Below, piece after piece: positions 31,700-41,810 of a stretch of 64,000 nt of DNA. Source of the stretch: Bacteroidota bacterium. GTDB lineage: Bacteria > Bacteroidota > Bacteroidia > Bacteroidales > VadinHA17. Position 1 is the first letter of the stretch. Each line of letters starts with the position of its first letter. The notes below the pieces were generated by a model that did no database searches, was not told the origin of the DNA, and was given only the letters and a program-made list of their open reading frames with translations. The translations under genes and the position numbers were made by a program. The DNA lies in NCBI GenBank assembly GCA_012729475.1, contig JAAYDB010000001.1, forward strand, positions 1,018-65,017, given 5' to 3'.

Positions 31700-32335
31700 A
31701 TGGAAGAAAAAACAAATCCGGTTTATTCAAGAAATATTATTGATTTTGTGGCTGTTGCAAATGAGTTCTGTAAATATGCCGAGAGGGCTTCAGAGGTTAA
31801 TGGAAATGATTTATTGAAGATATTGCAAAGAATTTTACCCCTGCTGTACATTAAAGCTTCTTTATTACCGGACCTGGAGCCATTTTTCGAGGATAGAAAT
31901 GAGAAATTTGTTACTGAATCCGACTGGAACAAGATACACGATACACTTAAAAATAAATTTGGGAAAGCTGATGATTTTCTTGAAATATATGATGACAAGC
32001 TGACTGAGCCGGATATTCCTGTAGCCTGTAGCCTCGCTGAATATATGGCCGATATATATCAGGATGTAAAAGATTTTCTGCTCCTTTATCAGACGGGGAC
32101 AAATGAAGTTATGAATGATGCTGTATGGGAATGCCGGTTGAATTTTGAAAACATATGGGGACAGAAACTTGTTAATTCAATGAAAGCAATTCACAGGTTT
32201 ATCTATTCTGATGAAGGTGTCGGTTTGGAAGAGAATGAAGAAAAAAGAAATAATGAAAAAAGAAATACTTCAGAGTGGTTTATATCAAAACAGCAAAGGG
32301 AATTCAGAGACAACGAACAATCTCTATCCGAGTAA
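31700..32335 (+). CDS. DUF5063 domain-containing protein
   Basis: About 211 aa, acidic and helical (NIIDFVAVANEFCKY ... LPLLYIKA ... DIYQDVKDF). It sits upstream of a 3'-5' exonuclease, a pairing common in Bacteroidales. Confidence 0.7.
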   Translation: MEEKTNPVYSRNIIDFVAVANEFCKYAERASEVNGNDLLKILQRILPLLYIKASLLPDLEPFFEDRNEKFVTESDWNKIHDTLKNKFGKADDFLEIYDDKLTEPDIPVACSLAEYMADIYQDVKDFLLLYQTGTNEVMNDAVWECRLNFENIWGQKLVNSMKAIHRFIYSDEGVGLEENEEKRNNEKRNTSEWFISKQQREFRDNEQSLSE

Positions 32336-32897
32336 TATTACTACTGATGAAATAAACAGTTATGATCTCTCCTGGTTCAAAGGTGAGATTATGGTCATTG
32401 AGGAACTTAAATCTTTCAGGGCTGTTATACCTTTACTGTTAAGGGAAAAAATCCTTGGATTTGATACTGAAACGAAACCCTCGTTCAGGAAGGGAATGAA
32501 AAACAAGGTATCGTTGATTCAGTTATCAACAGATAATATGGCCTGTCTTTTTCGTATAAACAAACTGGGATTTCCTGATGAACTGGCAGATATTCTTGCC
32601 AATCCTGAAATAATTAAAACAGGCGTAGCCCTGCATGATGATATCAGGTTTCTTAAAAAGCTAAAACAGTTTATTCCTGACGGTTTTATTGATCTTCAGG
32701 ATTATGTTAAGGGATTTGGAATTGAGAGTTCCGGACTTAAGAAACTGACCGCTATTGTACTTGGTTTCAGGATATCCAAACGACAACAAGTGACTGACTG
32801 GGAAGCTGACGAACTTACTGATGCCCAGAAAATTTATGCGGCAACAGATGCGTGGGTGTGCCGGGAGATATATCTTAAGTTAAACGGTAGTGAATAA
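32211..32897 (+). CDS. 3'-5' exonuclease (RNase D / WRN-exo-like DEDDy domain)
   Basis: It has an ExoI motif (GFDTETKPSF) and an ExoIII motif (YAATDAWV). The 5' end is unresolved: the track ATG 32211 overlaps DUF5063 by 125 nt, and the next in-frame ATG is 32391. Confidence 0.8.
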   Translation: MKVSVWKRMKKKEIMKKEILQSGLYQNSKGNSETTNNLYPSNITTDEINSYDLSWFKGEIMVIEELKSFRAVIPLLLREKILGFDTETKPSFRKGMKNKVSLIQLSTDNMACLFRINKLGFPDELADILANPEIIKTGVALHDDIRFLKKLKQFIPDGFIDLQDYVKGFGIESSGLKKLTAIVLGFRISKRQQVTDWEADELTDAQKIYAATDAWVCREIYLKLNGSE

Positions 32898-32957
32898 TTA
32901 AATTTTTTTATTATCAGATATGGTTCTATGGCCATTTTGTGAAATACAGATAATCCT

Positions 32958-34139
32958 GTGGAAAGAGTTAAAATTATTTTAAAATCAGGTAAAGACCAGT
33001 CAGTGCGTCGTTATCATCCCTGGATTTTTTCAGGGGCAATAAAAAAAATATTTGGAAATCCTTTGGAAGGCGATTTGGTTGAAGTGTTTGACAATAAGGA
33101 TAATTTTCTTGCTCTTGGTCATTATCAGCCAGGGTCCATAGCTGTCCGGATCTTATCCTTTGAACAGAGGGAAGCGGATTCAGCTTTTTTTAAAGAGAAA
33201 ATAATGAAAGCTGTTGCCTGCAGGAAATATCTTGGATTGACGGAGTCGGAAGAGACGAATGTATTCAGGCTGGTTCACGCTGAAGGTGATGATCTTCCAG
33301 GTCTGGTGATAGATTATTATAATGGAGTCGCTGTCCTTCAGATACATTCTGTTGGTATGTACCGAATGAGGAATGAAATTGCTAATCTTTTAAAAACTGT
33401 ACTAGGTGAAAAGCTTACAGCCGTTTATGATAAGAGTGAGGATACACTGCCTTATATGTCAGGTATAAGAGGGAAAAATGAATACCTTCTGGGAGGAACA
33501 TTGCCCCTGACAGTTATGGAAAAGGGATTACTGTTTAATGTGGATTTTATTTCAGGACAAAAAACCGGTTTTTTCATTGATCAAAGAGAAAACAGGGAGC
33601 TATTGACTTATTTTACAAAAGGGAAGGATGTTCTTAATTTATTCGGATATACCGGAGCTTTCTCTGTTTATGCACTGAAAAATGCACGTCTTGTTCATAC
33701 TGTAGATAGTTCCGGTCCTGCAATTGATATGGCAGATGAGAATGTCAGACTCAATTATAAAAATGATAAGAGACACAGGGCTGTTAAAGACGATGCTTTT
33801 GAATTCATTAAAGACATAAAAAACAAGTACGATGTTATAATTCTGGATCCTCCTGCTTTCGCCAAACATAACAAAGTTCTGTCCAATGCCCTTCAGGGAT
33901 ATAAAAGGTTGAATATGAAGGCTATAGAGCAGGTGAGGCCTGGGGGTATTATATTCACCTTTTCCTGTTCGCAGGTAGTAACAAAAGATAATTTCAGGAA
34001 ATCTGTTTTTGCGGCAGCGGCAAATACAGGCAGGAAGGTCAGGATACTTTATCAGATGAGCCAGCCACCTGATCATCCTGTAAATATCTATCATCCCGAG
34101 GGAGAATACCTTAAAGGGCTGGTGCTGTATGTAGAATGA
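32958..34139 (+). CDS. rlmI: 23S rRNA m5C methyltransferase RlmI-like (PUA + class I SAM MTase)
   Basis: 393 aa with a PUA-like N-terminus (RRYHPWIFSGAI), a SAM motif (VLNLFGYTGAFS) and a DPPAF motif (ILDPPAFAK). The start codon is GTG. Confidence 0.85.
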   Translation: MERVKIILKSGKDQSVRRYHPWIFSGAIKKIFGNPLEGDLVEVFDNKDNFLALGHYQPGSIAVRILSFEQREADSAFFKEKIMKAVACRKYLGLTESEETNVFRLVHAEGDDLPGLVIDYYNGVAVLQIHSVGMYRMRNEIANLLKTVLGEKLTAVYDKSEDTLPYMSGIRGKNEYLLGGTLPLTVMEKGLLFNVDFISGQKTGFFIDQRENRELLTYFTKGKDVLNLFGYTGAFSVYALKNARLVHTVDSSGPAIDMADENVRLNYKNDKRHRAVKDDAFEFIKDIKNKYDVIILDPPAFAKHNKVLSNALQGYKRLNMKAIEQVRPGGIIFTFSCSQVVTKDNFRKSVFAAAANTGRKVRILYQMSQPPDHPVNIYHPEGEYLKGLVLYVE

Positions 34140-34192
34140 GTTTAGACAGAATAAATTCAAAGTAATAGAGGAGTAATAAAAACTTGGAATAT

Positions 34193-36343
34193 ATGAATGC
34201 CGATACGCATATTAAGTTTATAGCAAAACAAATGGGCCTTCATGAATGGCAGGTGGAAAACAGTATCCGTCTCCTGGATGGTGGTGCCACTATTCCCTTT
34301 ATCAGCAGATACAGGAAAGAGATGACAGGTAGTCTGGATGAAGTGTCATTATTAAGTATCAAAGAAGAATATTCCCGTCTCAAAGATCTTGATGCAAGGA
34401 GGGAGAGTATTATCAAATCAATTGAGGAGCAGGATAAAATGACTCCTGAATTGATGGATAAAATTGCTTCAGTACTTACAATGTCGGAGCTTGAGGATAT
34501 ATATCTGCCATACCGTCCTAAGCGGCGTACCCGTGCCACTGTAGCCAAAGAAAAAGGTCTTGGGCCTCTTGCTGAAATAATTTTCAGGCAGGAAGAAAAT
34601 GATCCTCTGAAAAGGGCAGAGGAGTTTCTTAATGAGAATGTTGAAACCGTTGAAGATGCTGTTGAAGGAGCCAGGGATATCATTGCTGAATGGGTAAATG
34701 AGGATGAAGCTGCAAGAAAATCAATGAGACATTTCTATGAAAGAAATGCCATTATTGTATCAAGGGTGATAAAAGGAAAAGAAAGTGAAGGAAATAAATA
34801 CAGTGATTATTTTGAATGGTCAGAGCCTTTAAGTAAATGTCCTTCACATCGCTTACTTGCCATGAGGAGAGGGAAAGAAGAGGGTTTTCTCAGGCTCTCT
34901 GTGGAAGTTGAGGAAAATTTTTCACTTGATATCCTGCGTTCTGTCTTTATTAAATCTGCAAATCAGTCCTCAGAATACGTAAAAGAAGCTGTTACGGACA
35001 GCTGGAAAAGGCTTCTTGCTCCGTCTATGGAGACCGAATTCCATAATATCTCAAAAGGCAAAGCTGATGATGAAGCTATAAGGGTTTTTGCTGAAAACCT
35101 GCGACAACTGCTTCTGGCCCCACCGCTAGGAGAAAAAAATATTCTGGCAATAGATCCGGGATACAGGACAGGGTGCAAAGTTGTATGTCTGGACAGGCAG
35201 GGTAACCTTTTACACAACGAGACTATTTATCCTCATCCTCCACAGAATCAGACAGCGTTGTCGGTGAAGAAAATTATTTCGCTTGTAAATGCCTACAAAA
35301 TTGAGGCAATAGCTATTGGTAACGGTACAGCAAGCAGGGAAACAGAAGATTTTATCAGATATGTTAAATTTGAAAAGGATATTCAGGTATTTGTTGTCAG
35401 CGAAGCTGGTGCTTCTGTTTATTCGGCATCCAAAGTAGCAAGAGATGAATTTCCTGATTATGATGTAACTGTAAGAGGTTCCGTATCTATTGGACGGAGG
35501 CTGATGGATCCTCTTGCAGAGCTTGTGAAAATTGATCCCAAATCAATAGGAGTTGGGCAGTATCAGCATGATGTTGACCAGCAAAAACTGCAAAATTCTC
35601 TTGATGAAACTGTGATGAGTTGTGTCAATGCTGTAGGCGTGGAAGTGAATACTTCCAGCATGCATTTACTTACTTATGTCTCAGGTCTGGGACCTCAACT
35701 GGCCCGTAATATTGTTGATTACAGGACCACAAACGGCCCTTTTCGTTCAAGAAGTGAACTGCTCAAGGTAAAGAGAATGGGAGCAAGGGCATTTGAACAG
35801 TGTGCCGGTTTTCTCAGAATACGAAATGCCGGTAATCCGCTGGATAGCAGTGCCGTCCATCCTGAAAGCTATCATGTGGTTGAGAAAATGGCTGAAGATA
35901 TAGGTTGCACTGTACAGGAATTGATAAGCAACGAAAATAAACGAAATGAGATAAGGCTGGAACGCTATATTACACCAAAAACAGGATTGCCTACCTTGCA
36001 GGATATACTTAAAGAGCTGGCGAGGCCTGGACGAGACCCGAGATCAAAGATACGGGAATTCAGGTTTGCCGATATACATGAGATGGAAGACCTTATCCCA
36101 GGTATGACAGTCCCTGGTATAGTAACAAACATTACAAAATTCGGAGCGTTCGTTGATATAGGTATTAAACAGGATGGTCTTGTACATATATCTAATTTGA
36201 GCAATACTTATGTCCAGTATCCATCTACTGTGGTTAAGCTTCACCAGCATGTAACAGTAAAAGTTATTTCTGTTGATATTGAAAGAAAAAGAATACAGCT
36301 TTCAATGAAAGGAATAGACCAAAAACAAAAAATAACTTCTTGA
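34193..36343 (+). CDS. tex: Tex-like RNA-binding transcription accessory protein
   Basis: About 716 aa with an N-terminal Tex domain, a YqgF-like region, an HhH region and a C-terminal S1 domain (GIVTNITKFGAFVDIG). Confidence 0.93.
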   Translation: MNADTHIKFIAKQMGLHEWQVENSIRLLDGGATIPFISRYRKEMTGSLDEVSLLSIKEEYSRLKDLDARRESIIKSIEEQDKMTPELMDKIASVLTMSELEDIYLPYRPKRRTRATVAKEKGLGPLAEIIFRQEENDPLKRAEEFLNENVETVEDAVEGARDIIAEWVNEDEAARKSMRHFYERNAIIVSRVIKGKESEGNKYSDYFEWSEPLSKCPSHRLLAMRRGKEEGFLRLSVEVEENFSLDILRSVFIKSANQSSEYVKEAVTDSWKRLLAPSMETEFHNISKGKADDEAIRVFAENLRQLLLAPPLGEKNILAIDPGYRTGCKVVCLDRQGNLLHNETIYPHPPQNQTALSVKKIISLVNAYKIEAIAIGNGTASRETEDFIRYVKFEKDIQVFVVSEAGASVYSASKVARDEFPDYDVTVRGSVSIGRRLMDPLAELVKIDPKSIGVGQYQHDVDQQKLQNSLDETVMSCVNAVGVEVNTSSMHLLTYVSGLGPQLARNIVDYRTTNGPFRSRSELLKVKRMGARAFEQCAGFLRIRNAGNPLDSSAVHPESYHVVEKMAEDIGCTVQELISNENKRNEIRLERYITPKTGLPTLQDILKELARPGRDPRSKIREFRFADIHEMEDLIPGMTVPGIVTNITKFGAFVDIGIKQDGLVHISNLSNTYVQYPSTVVKLHQHVTVKVISVDIERKRIQLSMKGIDQKQKITS

Positions 36344-36358
36344 TAAATAAATGCATAA

Positions 36359-37906
36359 TTAATTTGCAGGTTCTTTGCGAGGCAGTTTGTCATTCCTCAT
36401 CGCAGCATTATAAACCAGTGATGCAGTAATTATTGCATTTATTTTTAAGTCATTCATTGACAATCTTTCATATGTGTCCATTACTGTGTGATAAGTCCGT
36501 CCGTATTCCAGTCTGTCCTGTATAAACTGAAAAGCAGGCAGTCCGTGACGGTCAAACGACAGGTGATCAGTACCTGTTGTATTTCTGATGGTTAAAGTTG
36601 AGCATCCAAGGTCCTCAAAAGGTTTAAGCCATTGTTCAAAGACAGGTCGAACCATGTCGTTTTGCTGAAGATAGATGCCTCTGTACCTCCCTGAACCATT
36701 ATCCATATTGAAATATACTGAGAACTTATCAAAACCCGGTTTGTGCTTTCCTGTTTCACGGTCAACCAAATACTTTTCCACATACCCTGCAGATCCGTTT
36801 AACCCCTGTTCTTCTCCACCCCAAAGCGCTATCCTGATAGTACGTCTGGGTGTTACATTTAAATTTTTCAGTATGCGCAGAGCCTCCATCATAACAATGC
36901 AGCCCGAAGCATTATCCGCAGCACCTGTTCCTCCATGCCATGAATCAAGATGAGCACCTATGAGTACTATTTCATCCTTAAGTTGTTTGTCGGTTCCGGG
37001 AATTTCTCCAATTACATTATATATAAGCGGGTTTGGAAAGAATATATTCTGAAGGTCTATTTCCATCTCTACCGGTATATTATGCCTTAAAAGTCTTTCC
37101 ATTCTTCCATAGGCTTCCATTGGAATATTTAGTTCAGCAATGGGTTCAGGTTCTCCCTGATTATATCCTGCCCCTGTTGATGCCGGGATATTATAGGTTC
37201 CTGAATTATTCAGAATAACTGCAACGCCTTCGCTTTTCAACAGAGCACTTATACTGTTTCTTAGTCTCCTGCGGGCAACAGCACTGGTAATATCGGAAGG
37301 CAGGTTCTGGCGCCGAACTGCAGCAGGCAGTGTGCCCCTGGCAAGCTGTGAAAGTTGTGCATCTGTGTATCTTGATGCAAGTGGCTCAAAATTGATTTCA
37401 TTGCGAACAGGAACCGGTGAAGGCATAAGTATTATCTTACCTCCAAGTTTTCCCTTGTATTTGGAAATCTCGTCTTCATTTTCTATGTCAAGAAGCACCA
37501 CTTCAGCTCTTATTAAACCGTCAGTACTGCCGGTCCATGCCACCGGATTACAGGTCAGACTGGAATAATAAGGTGCTGTCATAGCAGCATATGTCTTCTG
37601 ATTGTCCCATCCTCCTCTGTTAAATTCACGTGCTTCTTCAATCCTTATATTCTGAAATCCAAACTCCTCCATCTTCTGTTTGGCAATTTCACAAGCCCTC
37701 ATGCCTCCTGATGACCCGGTAAGTCTTGGCCCTGCATAATCGGTTAACCAGAAAGCCAATTCCTCTATCCCGGAATTATTCGCTTCTTCATGCTTTATCC
37801 TGTTTATCATTGACAAATCAGGTTTGTCATTTGTCTGTTGTCCCCTGAGAGGGTACAATGATGACAAGATTAAAAACAGGCTGATAGCTGTTTTAAGAGA
37901 TTTCAT
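36359..37906 (-). CDS. M28-family metallopeptidase (with PA-like insert)
   Basis: It has a signal peptide and M28 metal-binding motifs (GAHLDSWHGGTGAADNASG; GGEEQGLNGS). Confidence 0.85.
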   Translation of the reverse strand: MKSLKTAISLFLILSSLYPLRGQQTNDKPDLSMINRIKHEEANNSGIEELAFWLTDYAGPRLTGSSGGMRACEIAKQKMEEFGFQNIRIEEAREFNRGGWDNQKTYAAMTAPYYSSLTCNPVAWTGSTDGLIRAEVVLLDIENEDEISKYKGKLGGKIILMPSPVPVRNEINFEPLASRYTDAQLSQLARGTLPAAVRRQNLPSDITSAVARRRLRNSISALLKSEGVAVILNNSGTYNIPASTGAGYNQGEPEPIAELNIPMEAYGRMERLLRHNIPVEMEIDLQNIFFPNPLIYNVIGEIPGTDKQLKDEIVLIGAHLDSWHGGTGAADNASGCIVMMEALRILKNLNVTPRRTIRIALWGGEEQGLNGSAGYVEKYLVDRETGKHKPGFDKFSVYFNMDNGSGRYRGIYLQQNDMVRPVFEQWLKPFEDLGCSTLTIRNTTGTDHLSFDRHGLPAFQFIQDRLEYGRTYHTVMDTYERLSMNDLKINAIITASLVYNAAMRNDKLPRKEPAN

Positions 37907-38179
37907 TTTTCTGTGTTTTATATTACATATGTATATATCAGTTTAAAGGTAACTAAAAATGATAATTTTGAAAACTCCTGCCATTACTGAAAAAATCATT
38001 ACGGTGTTCTCATTATTTCTTCATTGGATTTTTGTCTTTCGATATCACGGGGTATTATCATCGTAAATTTCCTTGACATTGGTCCCATCTCTACTCAGGA
38101 ATACTTCTGTTATGGCAGAAAGGGATTAATGCATGAAACTTTTGTATTTTTGTACTTTTAAACGATACTATTAATCCGG

Positions 38180-40654
38180 ATGATTTACCCTGATAACTTT
38201 GAGAGTAAGATTGGTTTTGACAGGATACGGGACCTGCTGAAGGACAGGTGTTTAAGTTCTATGGGCATTGAAAAGGCAGATAATATTCGTTTTGACGATA
38301 ATATCGAGACTCTCTCGGAAGAACTGTCTGCCACCTATGAATTTCAGCAGATACTGATGTTTGAGGAAAATTTCCCTTCGGATAACTATTATAGTTTTGA
38401 TCAATGTCTTAATAAAATAAGGATAGAAGGGACATTCCCGGAAGTCAGGGAGATTTTTGACCTGAAGAGATCTCTGGAGACAGTCAGATCCATTCTGGTT
38501 TTTTTCAGAGAAAGGGATGAGGCAAAATATCCTGTTTTAAAAAAAATGTGTAACGGCATAAAGACATATCCTTATGTTATCAATTCAATTGACAAAATAA
38601 TAGATCGTCATGGTGCTGTCAGAGATAATGCTTCTGCCCGATTGAAAGAGATCAGATCTGCAATTATTTCGAAAAACATACTTGTCTCGAGACGGCTTAA
38701 TGCAATATTAAAGCAGGCACAGTCAGATGGTGTAGTTGATACTGATACATCAGTGTCGGTAAGAAATGGGAGAGGTGTTATTCCTGTTGGCACCAGCGAT
38801 AAGAAAAAGATAAGAGGTCTTATTCATGATCAGTCGGCTTCCGGAAAAACTGTTTTTATTGAGCCTGAGGAAGTTGTTGAAATAAACAACAGCATTATTG
38901 AGCTTGAATATGACGAAAAAAGAGAAATAGTGAAGATACTGACAGCATTTGCTGATAATATCAGGCCTTATATTGACGATCTTCTTCAATCCGGGATTTT
39001 TATGGGCGATATTGATTTTTTGCGGGCCAAAGCTCTTTTGGGAAATCATCTTAATGCCATTAAACCGGTCCTGACATTAGATCCTTCCATTATGTGGAGA
39101 CAGGCCGTACATCCTCTTTTATATATTGCTTTCGGTAAGTTGCCGGGACGAAAAGTAGTCCCTCTGGATATTCAGCTTGATGATAAAAACAGAATACTGG
39201 TAATCTCCGGTCCTAATGCAGGAGGTAAATCAGTGTGTCTGAAAACAGTGGGTCTTCTTCAGTATATGGTTCAGTGCGGACTTACCATACCGGTAGCTGT
39301 GGGATCCGAATCAGGCATTTTTAAGGATATACTTATTGACATAGGTGATGAACAGAGCATTGAGAACGATCTGAGTACCTATAGTTCTCATCTGCTCAAT
39401 ATGAAGCATTTTGTGAAATATGGTTCAGATAAAAGCCTGATACTGATTGATGAATTTGGAACAGGAACAGAACCTATGTTGGGCGGCTCAATAGCTGAGG
39501 CCGTTTTGGAAGAATTGAACAGAAAAAGAGTATTTGGTGTTCTTACAACACATTATACCAATCTCAAGCACTGTGCATCGGGTACAGAGGGGATAATCAA
39601 TGGTGCCATGGCTTTTGACAATCATCTTATGCAACCATTGTTCAGACTTGAAACAGGAAAGCCTGGCAGTTCTTTTGCTTTCGAGATAGCAAAGAGAATT
39701 GGTCTGCCCGGGAAGATACTTGATGATGCATCACAAAAAGCAGGAGCCGACAATATAACATATGATAAATTCCTTAAAGATATTGCCCGTGATAAGCGAT
39801 ACTGGGAGAAAAAGCGTATTAATATCAGGCAAAATGAAAAGAGGCTGGAACAACTTGTCTCAGAGTATGAAAATGAATTGTCGGGAGCCAGATCATTAGG
39901 GAAAGATATAATAGCCAGAGCTAAAAATGAGGCTCAGGATCTGCTTAAGGATTCTAACCGGATGATTGAAAATACAATAAGGAAAATAAAAGAAACTCAG
40001 GCAGAAAGAGAACAGACTAAATTGGCCAGAGAAAAGCTGGAAGAGTTTAAGAACAGGATTGATACTCAAGAATCTACTTTTGAATCAGCTATCGATAAAC
40101 GGATGTCAGGTATGTCCGGGAAAGCAAAAAAGATCATCAGGAAACAAAAAAATACTGAATATCCGGAGGTAAAAGATAAAAATAAACCTCTGGAGATTGG
40201 CGATGCTGTAAGGATGACCGATACCATGGCCTTGGGAGTTATTGTTGAGATAAAGGATAAAAATGCATACGTAGAAACTGGTAGTTTCAGGATACAGGTT
40301 CCCCCGGATAAGCTTGAAAGGATAAGCCATTCTGAGCTGAGAAACAGTGTGCGTTCGGCTCAGAAGAATGTCAGGCATGATCCTGTTTTATCTGAACGGA
40401 AAATGAATTTCAGAGCTGAAATTGACATAAGGGGGGTGAGAGGAGAAGAAGCATTGAATCGGGTCAGGGATCTGATTGATGATGCCCTTATGGTTCAGCA
40501 TAAGAACCTGAGGATATTACATGGCAAAGGAAATGGGATACTCCGGCAACTCATCAGGGAATATCTGGCAACAGTGAATGTTGTTGGCTCTTTCAGAGAT
40601 GAACATGTTGATTTGGGAGGATCGGGAATAACTGTAGTAGAACTTGATTTTTAG
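38180..40654 (+). CDS. mutS2: Endonuclease MutS2 (MutS domain + C-terminal Smr)
   Basis: 824 aa with Walker A (GPNAGGKS), a coiled-coil linker and an Smr domain (IDIRGVRGEEAL ... LRILHGKGNGILR). Confidence 0.93.
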   Translation: MIYPDNFESKIGFDRIRDLLKDRCLSSMGIEKADNIRFDDNIETLSEELSATYEFQQILMFEENFPSDNYYSFDQCLNKIRIEGTFPEVREIFDLKRSLETVRSILVFFRERDEAKYPVLKKMCNGIKTYPYVINSIDKIIDRHGAVRDNASARLKEIRSAIISKNILVSRRLNAILKQAQSDGVVDTDTSVSVRNGRGVIPVGTSDKKKIRGLIHDQSASGKTVFIEPEEVVEINNSIIELEYDEKREIVKILTAFADNIRPYIDDLLQSGIFMGDIDFLRAKALLGNHLNAIKPVLTLDPSIMWRQAVHPLLYIAFGKLPGRKVVPLDIQLDDKNRILVISGPNAGGKSVCLKTVGLLQYMVQCGLTIPVAVGSESGIFKDILIDIGDEQSIENDLSTYSSHLLNMKHFVKYGSDKSLILIDEFGTGTEPMLGGSIAEAVLEELNRKRVFGVLTTHYTNLKHCASGTEGIINGAMAFDNHLMQPLFRLETGKPGSSFAFEIAKRIGLPGKILDDASQKAGADNITYDKFLKDIARDKRYWEKKRINIRQNEKRLEQLVSEYENELSGARSLGKDIIARAKNEAQDLLKDSNRMIENTIRKIKETQAEREQTKLAREKLEEFKNRIDTQESTFESAIDKRMSGMSGKAKKIIRKQKNTEYPEVKDKNKPLEIGDAVRMTDTMALGVIVEIKDKNAYVETGSFRIQVPPDKLERISHSELRNSVRSAQKNVRHDPVLSERKMNFRAEIDIRGVRGEEALNRVRDLIDDALMVQHKNLRILHGKGNGILRQLIREYLATVNVVGSFRDEHVDLGGSGITVVELDF

Positions 40655-40730
40655 TATGGAAACCTGAATCCATTAACGATGAATATCTTTACATAAGGCC
40701 ATGAACCGGTTAGATTTTGCTGGATTTTTT

Positions 40731-41810
40731 TTAATCAAGTCTTATTGCCCCGTATGAGGAATTAATTGTGACAGTGGCTTCAGGATCAGGATCATTTCCT
40801 GTGATACCGCTTATTTTTGTTGAATTGTTCTCTATTATGCGTTTCCTCAACTGGAAGTTATTTTCATTATATTTCAATCCTCCATAAGAAATATCAGCTT
40901 CAAGCCTGTAGTTTGCATCGCTGTCTATATCCAGACTTATTCCTGAATATTTTGATTTTATATCTAATGACTGGAATCCTGCAGGTATTTCATCAATAGT
41001 GATGGATCCATATCCTGCATCAAGCTCCAGTTTATTTGTCAGGGTACTTATTTTGACATCTGTGTATCCTGCATCCAGTACAAGGTTGTTCATGCGGTCA
41101 ATATCTATATTGTCGTATTTTACTACAGCTACCATTGAACTGACATTCCCTATCTGTATCTTTGAATATTTGCTGTCAAGAAGAAGGGCTGTGTTTGTAT
41201 TCAGAATGAAACCATTTACATATCTCAGGGTCATGTCAAGCCAGCCAGACTCTTTGATCGAGCCTTTACCGTAGGCCAGTGTTATTCTGTTTAATGGTTT
41301 TTCATTACCTCTGTAAAGATGTGAAGCAGTTAGATTGCCATATTTGATATCAAGGTTTACTCTTCCGCTGATATCATCCAGGTCAGTATCACCATATCTG
41401 TTGACAATCTCAAGGTCAAGCCAGACGGGCATGGTGACAAAATAATTGATAGAAAAACGTCTTGAAACAGAATTCCAGCCTGAGAAATTGAACTTACTGT
41501 CAATAACCGTGGATACAGATATCCTGTCATTATGTTCTGAAAAATCAACATTGATATAACTTAAAAGCCTTTCTGCCCTGTCTTTGTTAGGATCTCTCAG
41601 GGTTACTTCGATGTCAATAATGACCTTGTCAGTATCAGATGTTTTAACAACAATGGTTCCGTATTTATTATTCAGATCAAGTGTTGTTCCTTTTTCTACC
41701 ACATATTCCTCGTGGTATTTCTTTTCCAGTTCCTGTGCTGACAGAGAGGAAGACAGAATAATCAGCAGGGTAACGAAAAGTGTTCTGGTTTTATATATTG
41801 ATTTCTTCAT
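40731..41810 (-). CDS. DUF4097-family beta-strand repeat protein (putative adhesin-like)
   Basis: It has a signal peptide (LLIILSSSLSAQE) and repeated beta-strand units ending in ...SYGAIRLD. ATG 41810 overlaps the upstream gene by 20 nt. Confidence 0.65.
   Translation of the reverse strand: MKKSIYKTRTLFVTLLIILSSSLSAQELEKKYHEEYVVEKGTTLDLNNKYGTIVVKTSDTDKVIIDIEVTLRDPNKDRAERLLSYINVDFSEHNDRISVSTVIDSKFNFSGWNSVSRRFSINYFVTMPVWLDLEIVNRYGDTDLDDISGRVNLDIKYGNLTASHLYRGNEKPLNRITLAYGKGSIKESGWLDMTLRYVNGFILNTNTALLLDSKYSKIQIGNVSSMVAVVKYDNIDIDRMNNLVLDAGYTDVKISTLTNKLELDAGYGSITIDEIPAGFQSLDIKSKYSGISLDIDSDANYRLEADISYGGLKYNENNFQLRKRIIENNSTKISGITGNDPDPEATVTINSSYGAIRLD

Noticed and set aside
32300-32340. Programmed +1 frameshift fusing DUF5063 to the exonuclease
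   Set aside because: I see no recognisable slippery or hungry-codon context at the DUF5063 stop (..TCTCTATCCGAGTAATATT..). It is kept only as one of three possibilities in the finding and is not asserted.
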